From NCBI RefSeq assembly GCF_004010195.1, contig NW_025214756.1:2976-50151 (forward strand): DNA of 47,176 nucleotides. Direction: 5' to 3'. The first letter of the stretch is position 1. Each line of letters starts with the position of its first letter. The DNA comes from Chiloscyllium plagiosum. Taxonomy: Eukaryota. Under the pieces are notes generated by a model. That model searched no databases, was not told the DNA's origin, and saw only the letters and a program-made list of their open reading frames with translations. The translations under genes were made by a program, and so were the position numbers. Shown here piece by piece: positions 10,801 to 22,549 of the stretch.

Positions 10801-13785
10801 CAGAGACAATGAGAGAGAGTGAGAGAAAGAGACGTTGTGTGTGACACAGAGATAGAGAGAGAGGGTGATGGCAAGTGTGACAGAGAGAGGTTGTGTATGA
10901 CAGAGAGAAAGAGTGGGACCGTGTGTGTGAAAGAGGGTAAAAAAGAGAAAGAGATGGTTTGTATGACAACGAGAGGGACAGTGCATATGACAAAGGGAGA
11001 GAGAGAAAGAGAAATGGTGTGCGTGACAGAGGCAGAAATAGAGAGAGATGGTGTACATGACAGAGACAGAGATAGTGTGTGCGACAGAGAGATAGAGAGA
11101 GATAGTGTAGATGACAGCGAGAGAGAGAAGTGGTGTGTGTGACAGAGAGGAAGAGAGAGAGAGCGAGACGGTGTGTGTTACAGAGAGACATAGACAGAGG
11201 GTCACAGCAAGTGTGACATAGAGAGAGAGGTTGGTGTATGACAGAGAGAGAGGATGTGTGTTGAAAGAGGATGAGAGAGAAGGTTTGTGTAACAGAGAGG
11301 GAGAAAGCAAGAGAGACGGTGTGTCTGACAGAGACAATGAGAGAGAGTGAGAGAAAGAGACGTTGTGTGTGACACAGAGATAGAGAGAGAGGGTGATGGC
11401 AAGTGTGACAGAGAGAGGTTGTGTATGACAGAGAGAAAGAGTGGGACCGTGTGTGTGAAAGAGGGTAAAAAAGAGAAAGAGATGGTTTGTATGACAACGA
11501 GAGGGACAGTGCATATGACAAAGGGAGAGAGAGAAAGAGAAATGGTGTGCGTGACAGAGGCAGAAATAGAGAGAGATGGTGTACATGACAGAGACAGAGA
11601 TAGTGTGTGCGACAGAGAGATAGAGAGAGATAGTGTAGATGACAGCGAGAGAGAGAAGTGGTGTGTGTGACAGAGAGGAAGAGAGAGAGAGCGAGACGGT
11701 GTGTGTTACAGAGAGACATAGACAGAGGGTCACAGCAAGTGTGACATAGAGAGAGAGGTTGGTGTATGACAGAGAGAGAGGATGTGTGTTGAAAGAGGAT
11801 GAGAGAGAAGGTTTGTGTAACAGAGAGGGAGAAAGCAAGAGAGACGGTGTGTCTGACAGAGACAATGAGAGAGAGTGAGAGAAAGAGACGTTGTGTGTGA
11901 CACAGAGATAGAGAGAGAGGGTGATGGCAAGTGTGACAGAGAGAGGTTGTGTATGACAGAGAGAAAGAGTGGGACCGTGTGTGTGAAAGAGGGTAAAAAA
12001 GAGAAAGAGATGGTTTGTATGACAACGAGAGGGACAGTGCATATGACAAAGGGAGAGAGAGAAAGAGAAATGGTGTGCGTGACAGAGGCAGAAATAGAGA
12101 GAGATGGTGTACATGACAGAGACAGAGATAGTGTGTGCGACAGAGAGATAGAGAGAGATAGTGTAGATGACAGCGAGAGAGAGAAGTGGTGTGTGTGACA
12201 GAGAGGAAGAGAGAGAGAGCGAGACGGTGTGTGTTACAGAGAGACATAGACAGAGGGTCACAGCAAGTGTGACATAGAGAGAGAGGTTGGTGTATGACAG
12301 AGAGAGAGGATGTGTGTTGAAAGAGGATGAGAGAGAAGGTTTGTGTAACAGAGAGGGAGAAAGCAAGAGAGACGGTGTGTCTGACAGAGACAATGAGAGA
12401 GAGTGAGAGAAAGAGACGTTGTGTGTGACACAGAGATAGAGAGAGAGGGTGATGGCAAGTGTGACAGAGAGAGGTTGTGTATGACAGAGAGAAAGAGTGG
12501 GACCGTGTGTGTGAAAGAGGGTAAAAAAGAGAAAGAGATGGTTTGTATGACAACGAGAGGGACAGTGCATATGACAAAGGGAGAGAGAGAAAGAGAAATG
12601 GTGTGCGTGACAGAGGCAGAAATAGAGAGAGATGGTGTACATGACAGAGACAGAGATAGTGTGTGCGACAGAGAGATAGAGAGAGATAGTGTAGATGACA
12701 GCGAGAGAGAGAAGTGGTGTGTGTGACAGAGAGGAAGAGAGAGAGAGCGAGACGGTGTGTGTTACAGAGAGACATAGACAGAGGGTCACAGCAAGTGTGA
12801 CATAGAGAGAGAGGTTGGTGTATGACAGAGAGAGAGGATGTGTGTTGAAAGAGGATGAGAGAGAAGGTTTGTGTAACAGAGAGGGAGAAAGCAAGAGAGA
12901 CGGTGTGTCTGACAGAGACAATGAGAGAGAGTGAGAGAAAGAGACGTTGTGTGTGACACAGAGATAGAGAGAGAGGGTGATGGCAAGTGTGACAGAGAGA
13001 GGTTGTGTATGACAGAGAGAAAGAGTGGGACCGTGTGTGTGAAAGAGGGTAAAAAAGAGAAAGAGATGGTTTGTATGACAACGAGAGGGACAGTGCATAT
13101 GACAAAGGGAGAGAGAGAAAGAGAAATGGTGTGCGTGACAGAGGCAGAAATAGAGAGAGATGGTGTACATGACAGAGACAGAGATAGTGTGTGCGACAGA
13201 GAGATAGAGAGAGATAGTGTAGATGACAGCGAGAGAGAGAAGTGGTGTGTGTGACAGAGAGGAAGAGAGAGAGAGCGAGACGGTGTGTGTTACAGAGAGA
13301 CATAGACAGAGGGTCACAGCAAGTGTGACATAGAGAGAGAGGTTGGTGTATGACAGAGAGAGAGGATGTGTGTTGAAAGAGGATGAGAGAGAAGGTTTGT
13401 GTAACAGAGAGGGAGAAAGCAAGAGAGACGGTGTGTCTGACAGAGACAATGAGAGAGAGTGAGAGAAAGAGACGTTGTGTGTGACACAGAGATAGAGAGA
13501 GAGGGTGATGGCAAGTGTGACAGAGAGAGGTTGTGTATGACAGAGAGAAAGAGTGGGACCGTGTGTGTGAAAGAGGGTAAAAAAGAGAAAGAGATGGTTT
13601 GTATGACAACGAGAGGGACAGTGCATATGACAAAGGGAGAGAGAGAAAGAGAAATGGTGTGCGTGACAGAGGCAGAAATAGAGAGAGATGGTGTACATGA
13701 CAGAGACAGAGATAGTGTGTGCGACAGAGAGATAGAGAGAGATAGTGTAGATGACAGCGAGAGAGAGAAGTGGTGTGTGTGACAG
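4860..13785. repeat. 528-bp tandem repeat array, ~17 units, built from GA/GT-rich subunits
   Basis: Identical ORFs recur every 528 bp (5539, 6067 ... 13459), and sequence lines recur exactly every 2640 bp (5 x 528). Units appear identical from ~5013 to 13785, with a diverged unit to the left. Confidence 0.98.
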
Positions 13786-14920
13786 GATTTGGCTCCACAG
13801 CCTCCTGCAGTAATGAGTTCCACAGATTAAGGGCTAATGAAGAAGGGCTAATGCCCGAAACGTCGATTCTCCTGTTCCCTAGATGCTGCCTGACCTGCTG
13901 CGCTTTTCCAGCAACACATTTCCATCCACAGATTAACCACCATCTGTCTGAAGCCATTCCCCCTCATCTCAGTTCTAACGGGTCATCTCTTCAATCTGAG
14001 GCTGTGCCCTCAGGTCCTAGTCTCTCCTATTGGAAACATCATCTCCACCTCCACTCTATCCAGGTTTGTCAGTGTTGTGTTGGTTTCGATCAGATTCCCC
14101 CTCACCCTAAAAACTCCATTGAGTACAGACTTAGAGTCCTCCTATGACAAGCTCTTCATCCTGGAATCATTTTTGTGAATGTCCTCAGGACACGTCCAAT
14201 GCCAGCATATCTTCCCTACATATAGGGTCCAATACTGCTCACAAAATTCCAAATGAGGTATGACCAAAGCCTCATACAGCCTCAGTTGTACATCTCTGCT
14301 CTTGTATTCTTGCATTTGCCTTTCTAACTACTGACTGAACTTGCAACTCCAGCTTGGCCAGTTACCTTATCCATGACCCTCATGATTTTGCAAACCTCTG
14401 GCTCTGATACTCCAGAGAAAAAAGCTCCAGTCTTTTCAGCCTCCTTCTGCAGCTCAAATTCTCCAGTTCTGGCAACATCTTTGTCAATCTTTTCTGCACA
14501 CTCTCAAGGTTAACAACATCCTTCAGACTTCTGAAGCCTTTGCCTGTTTAGAAAATAGTCTGTGCCCCTATTCTTCCTAGCAAAATGCATAACCTCACAT
14601 TTCCCCACATTGTATTCTATCTGCCACTTCTTTGCCCAATCTCCTCGCCGGTCCAAGTCCTTTCTGCAACCTCCTTGCTTCCTCAGCACTACCTGTCCCT
14701 CCACCTATCTTTGTGTCATCTGCAAACTTAGTAACATTTCCCTCAGTTTTTTTATCCAGATTATTAATGTATAGTGTGAATAGTTGTGGTCCCAACACTG
14801 ATATAGTGCCTGCAGACCTCCACTAGTCACTAGCCATCCTGAAAAAGACCCCTTTATCCCATTCTCTGTCTTATACTGGTCATCCAAACCTCTGTTCATG
14901 TGACTACCTTGCTCCTAATA
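13786..14920 (-). mobile_element. CR1-type LINE fragments (composite)
   Basis: RT core LGPQLFTLYINNLD..TKFADDTKIGG, followed by DWAKKWQIEYNVGKCEVMHF; frameshifts and deletions. Confidence 0.9.
13831..13924 (+). mobile_element. Short Penelope-like pseudo-LTR remnant with degenerate hammerhead motif
   Basis: tgaagaa-gggc-taat-gccc-gaaacgtc followed by gatgctgcctgacctgctg; flanked by the 12-bp direct repeat TCCACAGATTAA (13819-13830 and 13925-13936). Confidence 0.75.
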
Positions 14921-14959
14921 CCATGGGAGAAATGTAAGCAGATTTCAGAAAAGAATAAT

Positions 14960-15845
14960 AATAGTTGTGGATTTAACTTCCCTAGACTAAGTGTGGAAGG
15001 CTTAGAGGGCGTGAAATTCTTAAAATGTATCCAACAGAACTTTATAAGCCAGCATGTTGAAAGTCTTACAAGAGACAGGCAGTGCTGGAACTAATGAAGA
15101 CAACTGAGTTGTAGAAGTGTTAATGAGAAAGCATTTCAGTGACCCTAATTCAGTCAGACTTAAGGTCATCCAGGAAAAGGCTAAAGATAGACAAGAAATA
15201 AAGGTCTTGATTTGTGGAAGACCAGCTATAATATAAGACAGGATATGACTACTCATAGGAAAACCTACATCAGAGTACTGAAAATTTGCCAGAAAAGGAA
15301 ATAATAAAAGTGTGGGGCCCAACATGTTCCTGTAAAGGTAGAGAGTGGCTTCAAAGATTCCAGAGAACTCTGGATATTGAGGAATGTGCCAGATTTGACC
15401 AGGAAAAACAGGAAAGTTTCTGGTAGATATCATTGGCTCAGAACATCACAAGCCTAAAGGGGTATTAAAAAGTGTAGTAGTTGACATAAAACAAAATTGG
15501 AAATTGAAATGGAGCCAAGGGAGAATAAAGAAAATTCCAAAGGCATTCTGAAAATACATTGGGCAAGCAGGAAAAGAGTCAGCCCCTTTCATAACTGAAG
15601 TAGAGAATCATGGGTGGAGCTAACGTAGCTGAATACTTTATGGGAATCAGAAACTCATTGCCTGAAAGGTTGTTGAGTTGAAAATTCTGCTAACATTTAA
15701 GCTGTATTGAGATATTCACTTGTGCTGCCATTGTGGCAGGAGTTATTGGACAAAATCTGGAAAGTGGGATTAGCGTAGTCAGAGATTTGGTAACTGGTCC
15801 AGATATTATGGGTTGAATGAGCTCTTTCTGTGCTCTAAATGTCAA
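14960..15845 (+). mobile_element. Old degraded CR1-type LINE fragments
   Basis: DFNFP-like and EGVKFLKCIQQNF endonuclease-region remnants, plus a decayed 3' UTR. Confidence 0.6.
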
Positions 15846-15981
15846 TAAGCTGAACTACTGAGTGAAGATTGGGGCAAGATAGGACCTCACAGTGTTAGGG
15901 GGATGTATTAGCATGGATTGAGGATTGGGTAGAACACAAAAGATAGATTTGCGATGAATGTGCCTTTTTGGTTCGGAAAGA

Positions 15982-17058
15982 CATAGAACATAGAACATAG
16001 AAAAGTACAGCATAGCACAGGCCCTTTGGAACACGATGCTGTGCCGAGGATTATTCCTAATCTAAAATAAAATAACCTGGCTTGAAAAATGAGTTGAGGC
16101 CTGGGGCAGATCAACCATGATCTGGTGGCAATGTACACACCCCTCAATTCACTGCTGTCCATGTACGTATCCAGCAGTTGCTTAAATGCCCCTAATGACT
16201 CTTCTTCCACCACCACCGCTGGCAATGCATTCCATGCATTCACAAGTCTCTATGTAAAGAACCTATCTCTGATATCTCCTCTATACCTTGCTCCTAACAC
16301 CTTAAAACTATGACCCAGTGTGCCAGTTAATCCTGCCCTGGGAAAAGTCTCTGGTTATCAACTCTATCCATGCCTCTCATTACCTTATATACCTCGATCG
16401 GGTCACCTCTCTTCCTCCTTCTCTCCAGAAAGAAAAGTCCCAAACTCAGTTAACCTCTCTTCGTAAGACAGGCCTTCCAGTCCAGGCAGAATCCTGGTAA
16501 ACCTTCTCTACGCTCTCCAAAGCCTCCTTGTCTTTCCTATAAGGCACTGCTGCCTCACAACACCAGAGACATGGGTTCAATTCCTGCCTCAGGCAACTGT
16601 CTGTGTGGAGTTTGCACAGTCTCCCCGTGTCTGCATGGGTTTGCTCCGGTTTCCTCCCACAGTCCAAAAATGTGCAGGTTAGATGAATTGGCTATGCTAA
16701 ATTGCCGTAGTGTTAGGGGAATGGGCCTGGGTGGGTTGCTTTTCGGAGGGTCGGTGTGGACTAGTGGGGCTGAAGGCCTGTTCCCACACTGTAAGTAATA
16801 TAACCTAATAGGGTGACCAGAACTGGCCACAATATTCCAAGTGTGGTCTCACCAGGGTTTTGTAGAGCTGCAGCAAAACATCGCAGCTCTTAAACTCGAT
16901 CTCCCGTTAATGAAAGCTAAAGTACCATATGCTTTCTTAACAACCCCATCCATTTGGGTGGCAACTTTGAGGGATCTGTGCACTTGAACACCATGATCCT
17001 GCTGCCAAGAATCCTTTCCTTAATCCTATATTCAGCATTCAAGTTCGACCTTCCAATG
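15982..17058 (-). mobile_element. CR1-type LINE 3' fragment interrupted by a SINE
   Basis: (catagaa)n tail at ~15982; NAWNALP.VVVE..SLGAFK..LD and RKD.EALESV motifs on the minus strand. Confidence 0.85.
16543..16805 (+). mobile_element. HE1-type tRNA-derived SINE (5'-truncated)
   Basis: gcactgctgcctcac..gggttcaattcc (B box)..gtgtggagtttgcac..ccggtttcctcccacagtccaaa core and LINE-derived tail. Confidence 0.9.
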
Positions 17059-17710
17059 ACTAGAGGAGTGCCAGAAACACCAATTCTATTGCCCCAATTA
17101 TTTAGTGTCTATATTGAGGACTTACAGGAGGTGGCAGAACGTAATGTATCCAAATTGCTGATGATACACAATTAGATGGGAGGGCATGTTGTAGTGAGGC
17201 CATAAGGAAGCTGCAAGGGGATCTAAGTAGGTGGAATGAGTAGGTAAAAATCTGCCTGATGGAGTTTAATATAGGAAAGTAAGAAGTCATGAACTCTGGT
17301 AGGAGAAATCAAAAGGCAGAGAATTGTGTAAACAGAAAGTCTTCAAAACAGTGCAGAGCAGAGACCTGGGTATTCTTAATCATGAAACACAAAAGGTTAC
17401 AACGCACGTGCAGCAATTGATCAAGAAGACAAATCAAATGTTGGCCTTTGTTACTAGGGGGTTGGAGTTTAAAAATAGTGAAGCTTGATTACAAATGAGT
17501 CCATTAAGCAGTTACAGTTACAGGGCTCATATTTAAAACTGAGACGCAAAGGAATTACTTTTCAGAGGACATAGAATATCTGGAATTCTCTGAGGGAGAT
17601 GAGATCACTGCAAATATTTAAAGAGGATGCAGATAGAATTTTGGAATGTTGTGAAATTGAGGGCTGGCTTGAAAAATGAGTTGAGGCCTGGGGCAGATCA
17701 GCCATGATCT
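17059..17710 (+). mobile_element. Degraded CR1-type LINE fragment
   Basis: Decayed RT region (LPQLFSVYIEDL..NVSK) and 3' UTR cagatcagccatgatct, which resumes after the SINE at ~18040. Confidence 0.75.
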
Positions 17711-18040
17711 GGTGGCAATGTAGTGCAATGGCTAGCACTGCTGCCTCAAAGCACCAGGATTTTGAATTTGATTCCAGCCTTGGGTGACGATCTGGAGTTT
17801 GCACATTCTCCCATGTCTGTGTGAACTTTCTTATACACTCCAAAGATATGTAGATTAGGTGGATAGTCCATGCTAAATTGCCCCATAGTATCCAGGGATG
17901 TACAGGCTAGATGGATTAGCCATTGGAAATGCAATGTTACAGGGATGGAGTAGTGGGGTTGGTCTGGTTGGGACGCTCTTTGGAGAGTCAGTGTGGACTC
18001 AATGAGCTGAATAGCCTGCTTCCACACTGTAGGGATTCTA
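17711..18040 (+). mobile_element. HE1-type SINE (older copy)
   Basis: ctagcactgctgcctca..ggagtttgcacattctccc..catgctaaattgcccc..cttccacactgtagggattcta. Confidence 0.85.
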
Positions 18041-18584
18041 TGGTCTTGTTGAATGATAGAGCAGGCTGAATAGTCTATTTCTGCTTCCTATGTTCTATGG
18101 AGTGGGATTTGAATTTGAAGCTTCAACCTCAGAGTCCATTATATCACAAGACCTCCCTGAAAGCACAATTATTTGAAAAAGTCTTGTAAAATTAAGAAGA
18201 TATAATCGTAAAATTATTCTGTATTATGCAACTTGATTCAAATATAGGCTGGAACAGTATGAGTTGGTACAAATTGATAGCAGCCTGGATTTTGGGACTA
18301 TTTTTGCATTAGCTGTATTTCCAGGTCATTGTGTGGGATTTGTTCTCCATTATATATGAGAATGCAACATTTCTTCATGATCAAGCTGTAAATTTTAAGG
18401 TCAGTGAGTTGATACATGTAGGAGTATGAAAATTAACATCACTGCGTCTATGACTAGCAAATTGGAAAAAGAAAATGTAAATTTTAACAAAGTTAAAAAT
18501 AAAATTTGGATAAATTACTGTCAACAGCTTGTTCAACCAAGAATGATGGATTCTTGAATTTTAATATACAGAGAATAATATTAC

Positions 18585-19560
18585 CTAAGTATTAATCCAA
18601 CTTCTTAGGCAATCCCTGGGGCTCAAGCAAGAATTGGTTCCATTCCAGTTCGAGATGGCTGATAAATCCGATGCTTGATTCTGTAGATCCTCAACATGTG
18701 GGGTTGGTGTACAGGAAAGATTGAGTACATGAGACATTTGGAGTTTGTACACTTGCTCTGACAACTTATCTTCACTTCTGTTTATTTCTGATGAAATCCT
18801 CTGAAGAGTCTGCTGCCTTCCCCAGTGAACCATCTCTACTTTCATTGATCACAAGTCAGGGACAGTCAACAATTGAGGAGATGTTTGACCTCTCTAAAGG
18901 GTGCATTCAGGACATTACTAAAGCATTTCCGCCATATTCCTGGGAGTCTCCTTCTGCAATTAATTTCTGGCTAGAGCAGTTCACTGGGATTCTGGTTTTT
19001 GGCATGCTGGCTACACGATGGGGGAGCTGATTTTGAATGCGTAATGCTGATGATGGCTTTGGAGATGTTGCATTTGAATCATTTTTGTTGGCCACCAGAT
19101 TTAAAGGTTTTCTCAATAGCACCACTGATGGTACCTCTTTAGTACTTTGAGATGTCTCCCAATGGTTTCCCAAGCCTCCAAAGCTTGTAGGAGCATGAAG
19201 GTCACTACTGCCCAGTAAAACATGACCTTAGTCTCAAACCTAAAGAATTTGGTCCTCAAATACTCATCCTCAGGCAGTGAAAGACTATGCTGGAGGTGAT
19301 GATTGAAGGTGATGATGAATTTTATAGTCTGTCAAGGAGGCTCCTAAGATATGGAAAAATGATCCAGGCAACAAACACATCACGTAAACAAGAAAAAATG
19401 AAATCTTCCCTGTGGCAGACAAATGGAGACTTCTCTGTACATAACTGTGCATGATGTTTCTCTTTGTGAATACAGTCAAAATCCCAATGTCCCTAAGATT
19501 GTTTTCCCAGATGAGAGATGCAAGGTGATCTAGCCATGCCAAGATTAGATCTCCTCTTGG
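18585..19560 (-). mobile_element. Degraded RTE-clade (BovB-like) LINE fragment
   Basis: Minus-strand frames give DYKIHHHLQ, ETKVMFYWAVVTFMLLQALEAW, RHLKVLKRYHQWC and IQNQL..VASMPKTRIP. These resemble the RTE ORF C-terminus (TK..VYRAVV...LLY..ETW / QLRW.GHV.RMPDTRLP), with stops and frameshifts. Confidence 0.75.
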
Positions 19561-20251
19561 CCAGGATTTAATCTGCTCTGGTTATGATGAGTATTTAAAC
19601 AAATGATTATTATGTGGGGAGCAGGGTTCCAAAGTAAAGGTAAATGGGCTTTTGTGTTTTAGTTCTGTAAAAGTTACCTTTTATAAGGGCCAGAAATACC
19701 TTTTTTTCAGATGTGGATTGAAACAGCATTTCCATGAAATCATGAAATCTAAAAGTCTAGAGAAGCTGCCTGGTGAGAAAATGCTGAAGTGTTTATTTAT
19801 TTAATGTTTATAACCCAGAGATAAGCAGATGGAGAGCAACCACATGTAGATACAGTTCAGTTTAATTTTAATCAGTCTCCAGGCCTTCAGAACTGGAAAG
19901 AAGTCTCAAGCTGTTTTTGCAAGCTACGTAGACAAAGCTAGAAAAAGCCCTGAGATTTCTTTTTAAGATTTTGGTGAGTTAGCTTGTGTTTGTGTGTCCC
20001 AGAGACAGTAATAGAAAGAATTACATCTTGTGAATTGCATAAATCTGCCAAAGAAACTTTAATAGTAAGAAACTTTAACATGAAAATAGGAGTGATGCCT
20101 CACTGCAATTGAGGATCTGTGAAAGATATTGCTGAGATAATGGTTTCAATCTTGCTTTTTTGCTGTTTATGATAAAATATTTCCAAATTATCTCATAAAT
20201 AGATATATTTATTTTCTTCAATATACTAAATATATATTATTTTATTAAATC

Positions 20252-20700
20252 TGGGGGTGGTGATCGCTTAGTGGTATTATCGTTAGCCTATTAATCCAGA
20301 AATTCAACTAACAATTGGGGACCCAGGTTCAAATCACACCAGGGCAGATAATAAAAAAAAATTGGATTTGAGAATCTTCTAGTGACCATGAAACCATTGT
20401 CGATTGTTGGAAAAACTCATTCTGACTCACTAATGTTCTTCAGGGAAGAAATCTGCCTGGTGGCACTTACATGTGACTCCAGACCTCAGTTGGCTCTGCT
20501 TGACTCTTAATTAACCTCTGAAATGGACAAGCAAGCCACACAGTTGTATCAATCACTATGAAGTTGCAACAAAAGCACCCACAACACGTGGACTGCAGAG
20601 CTTCAAGAAGACAGCTCACCACCACCTTCTCAAGAACTGCTAGGGATGGGCAATAATTACTGGCCCACCCAGCAAAGCCATGTCCCATGAATGAATAGAA
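20252..20700 (+). mobile_element. tRNA-derived SINE sharing its 3' tail with the LINE at 22550-23190
   Basis: A-box-like tagtgg, B-box ggttcaaatc, and tail ttcaagaagacagctcaccaccaccttctcaag..tagggatgggcaataa, which matches 23080-23140. Confidence 0.8.
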
Positions 20701-20894
20701 AGAGAGTCCATTAACAGCCGCATGTGAATATGTTTAGTGATTAACCATCATGGTGACCAAATTGCAAAAGTAAATCTTATGGTTTATCAAACCATGTCTC
20801 GTTTTTGGATCTGAATTGCCTCGTATTACTATTTACTGTGATCCTGACACCTGGGCTTTCTTTACATTTCAGCTACCAAATTGCTTTTTTAACT

Positions 20895-21220
20895 TTATCT
20901 GGACCAGGAGCTCTTCAAAATGTTTACTGCTGGAAGTTGTCGCCTAACCTTGATGCCCTCTCTTCCATGCCTCTCAACAGGCTCAGCCATTGAATACTTG
21001 GGTATAGATCATCCTGACAGCACTAAAGAAATTGACATATTGTTGGTGTTTGGAAGCTGTTGGATCTTCTGTGATCTTTCTTTATGTTATGGGTTTTATA
21101 CTGTCCCAATGCCTTTACTGATGTGCAGGACTGTTACTTTTCTCTTGAGGTCTGGTGAAGTTTCCAGTCTCTGAAGTTCAGTCCTAAATCTTTTGGTCGT
21201 ACCTAAGCTTCAAGAGCACT
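20895..21220 (-). mobile_element. Highly decayed LINE remnant (Rex1/Babar-like)
   Basis: Across frames: WDSIKPIT ... KVRRQLPAVNILK / RAPGPD, resembling the K(A/S)PGPD motif that precedes LINE RT. Confidence 0.45.
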
Positions 21221-21689
21221 GAGGATGAGAAACAAGGGATTGAGATCCACAACAGATAATTGATTCTGGAATGTTAGATACCAAGGGTAATAGATACCCT
21301 TTGTAAAATCTACCTAGGACTGAGATATGTACATATTGATAAATATTGGAGGATAATGGATGGAAAGTAAAAGATATCAGGGATGAGATATATTAGAATG
21401 AAAAAATTGCTTTGGGTCCAATTTAAATACGTTGGTGTCTATGTAGATGCTGGTTACAATGAGCCATGAATCAAGTATTCCTACTGAAAATGGCCTGTCT
21501 AAATATTCCTTGCAGACAGTATTATTAATGTAGATACTGTTTGCAGACAAGAATTGTCTAAATATTAATGTGATTAAATAATCGTTGTAGACTGTGACCT
21601 ATAATTAAATGCTGTCTACCTAACAGTAGATTGTGTATCTGTACTCTTTAAAGGAAGTGAATGATCTGTGTACTGATGTTACTTATAGG

Positions 21690-21786
21690 TACAAAAACAG
21701 GAATTGCTAGAGAAACTCAGCAGGTCTGGCAGCATCTGTGGGGAGAAAGCAGAGTAAACATTTCAAATCCGGTGACTCATCTTCAT
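21690..21786 (-). mobile_element. Penelope-like pseudo-LTR remnant
   Basis: Minus strand tgaagatgagtcaccggatttgaaatgtt..cagatgctgccagacctgctgagtttctc; decayed hammerhead-type head. Confidence 0.65.
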
Positions 21787-22049
21787 TTTTGTCTTCCTTA
21801 CAGTTTGTTGTTTTGGTGAAGGTAGTATTTATAGTTAGCAACACTTAGTAGATGCTATTTATGTAGAGTCTCACTGTATAGATGTTACTTTTGTAGAGTA
21901 CCTTGTTATTATTGTTATCTACATACAATGGTCTTTCATAGAATCTATTGGTATATAACTTCTTATGTAAATGCTACTTGTACAGTCACAATATGTGCTA
22001 CTCAATACAATAACGTTTTGCAATTACTGATCACATAGATCTCTCATAG

Positions 22050-22450
22050 ATCATACATATCAGAAGCAGAAGTAAGCCATTCAGCCCCTCAATCCTGCTA
22101 TGCCATTCAGTGAGATCATGGCTAGTCTGTTTGTAACGTCAAATCCCATATTCCTGCCTACTGTGATAACTCTTCAACCTATAACAAGAACCAATCTATC
22201 TTGGCCTTAAAAATATACACGGAGTCTTGCTTCCATTACCTTTCTCAGGAAGGGAAAGACTTGTGACCTTCTGATAGAAGAGACTTTGCCTAATCTTTGT
22301 TTCAACCAGCGATCCCTGATTTTTAATCAGTGACCCTTATTTTTAGATTCTTCCATCTCCACATCAAATCTAACAAAACCTTTATCTTTTATGTTGCCTC
22401 TTCCTCCAGCAGATACTATTCTAGCCTGTTCAACCTTTCCAAGACAATCT
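22050..22450 (-). mobile_element. LINE 3' end (CR1/L2-type)
   Basis: gaagcagaagtaagccattcagcccctc..atcatggct tail, which recurs at 33320 and 45565. Confidence 0.7.
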
Positions 22451-22549
22451 GCCCATGCCGGGTATTTATAAAAGTAATTGTTTGGGTTGGACAGTTGTGG
22501 TTACATTGCGTTATATCGCATATCAGCTATCTATCCACTATCATGGCAG

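Noticed and set aside
4860..13785. CRISPR-like or cassette array interpretation
   Set aside because: Units are identical end to end with no unique spacers; eukaryotic satellite.
4687..13957. 3003-aa and 3030-aa minus-strand ORFs and the recurring 66/107-aa ORFs
   Set aside because: Artefacts of a CT-rich strand that rarely forms stops and a unit length divisible by 3 (528 = 176 codons). Two frames are open at once, the composition is S/L/H/T/C low complexity, and the longer ORF starts inside TE debris.
18585..19240. Apparent pseudogene exon (protein-like minus-strand ORFs and a donor-like AG|GTAATA at 18584)
   Set aside because: Other frames reveal RTE LINE motifs (TKVMFYWAVV..LL..LEAW; QL..MPKTRIP), so this is retroelement decay.
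19610..20200. Second LTR-like segment; shares the 14-mer ATTGAAACAGCATT with ~4400
   Set aside because: No defined termini or TSD and no extended similarity; a single 14-mer is insufficient.
20895..21220. Apparent decayed exon with a good acceptor at 21220-21219
   Set aside because: Multiple stops in every frame and an APGPD LINE motif; better explained as a LINE remnant.
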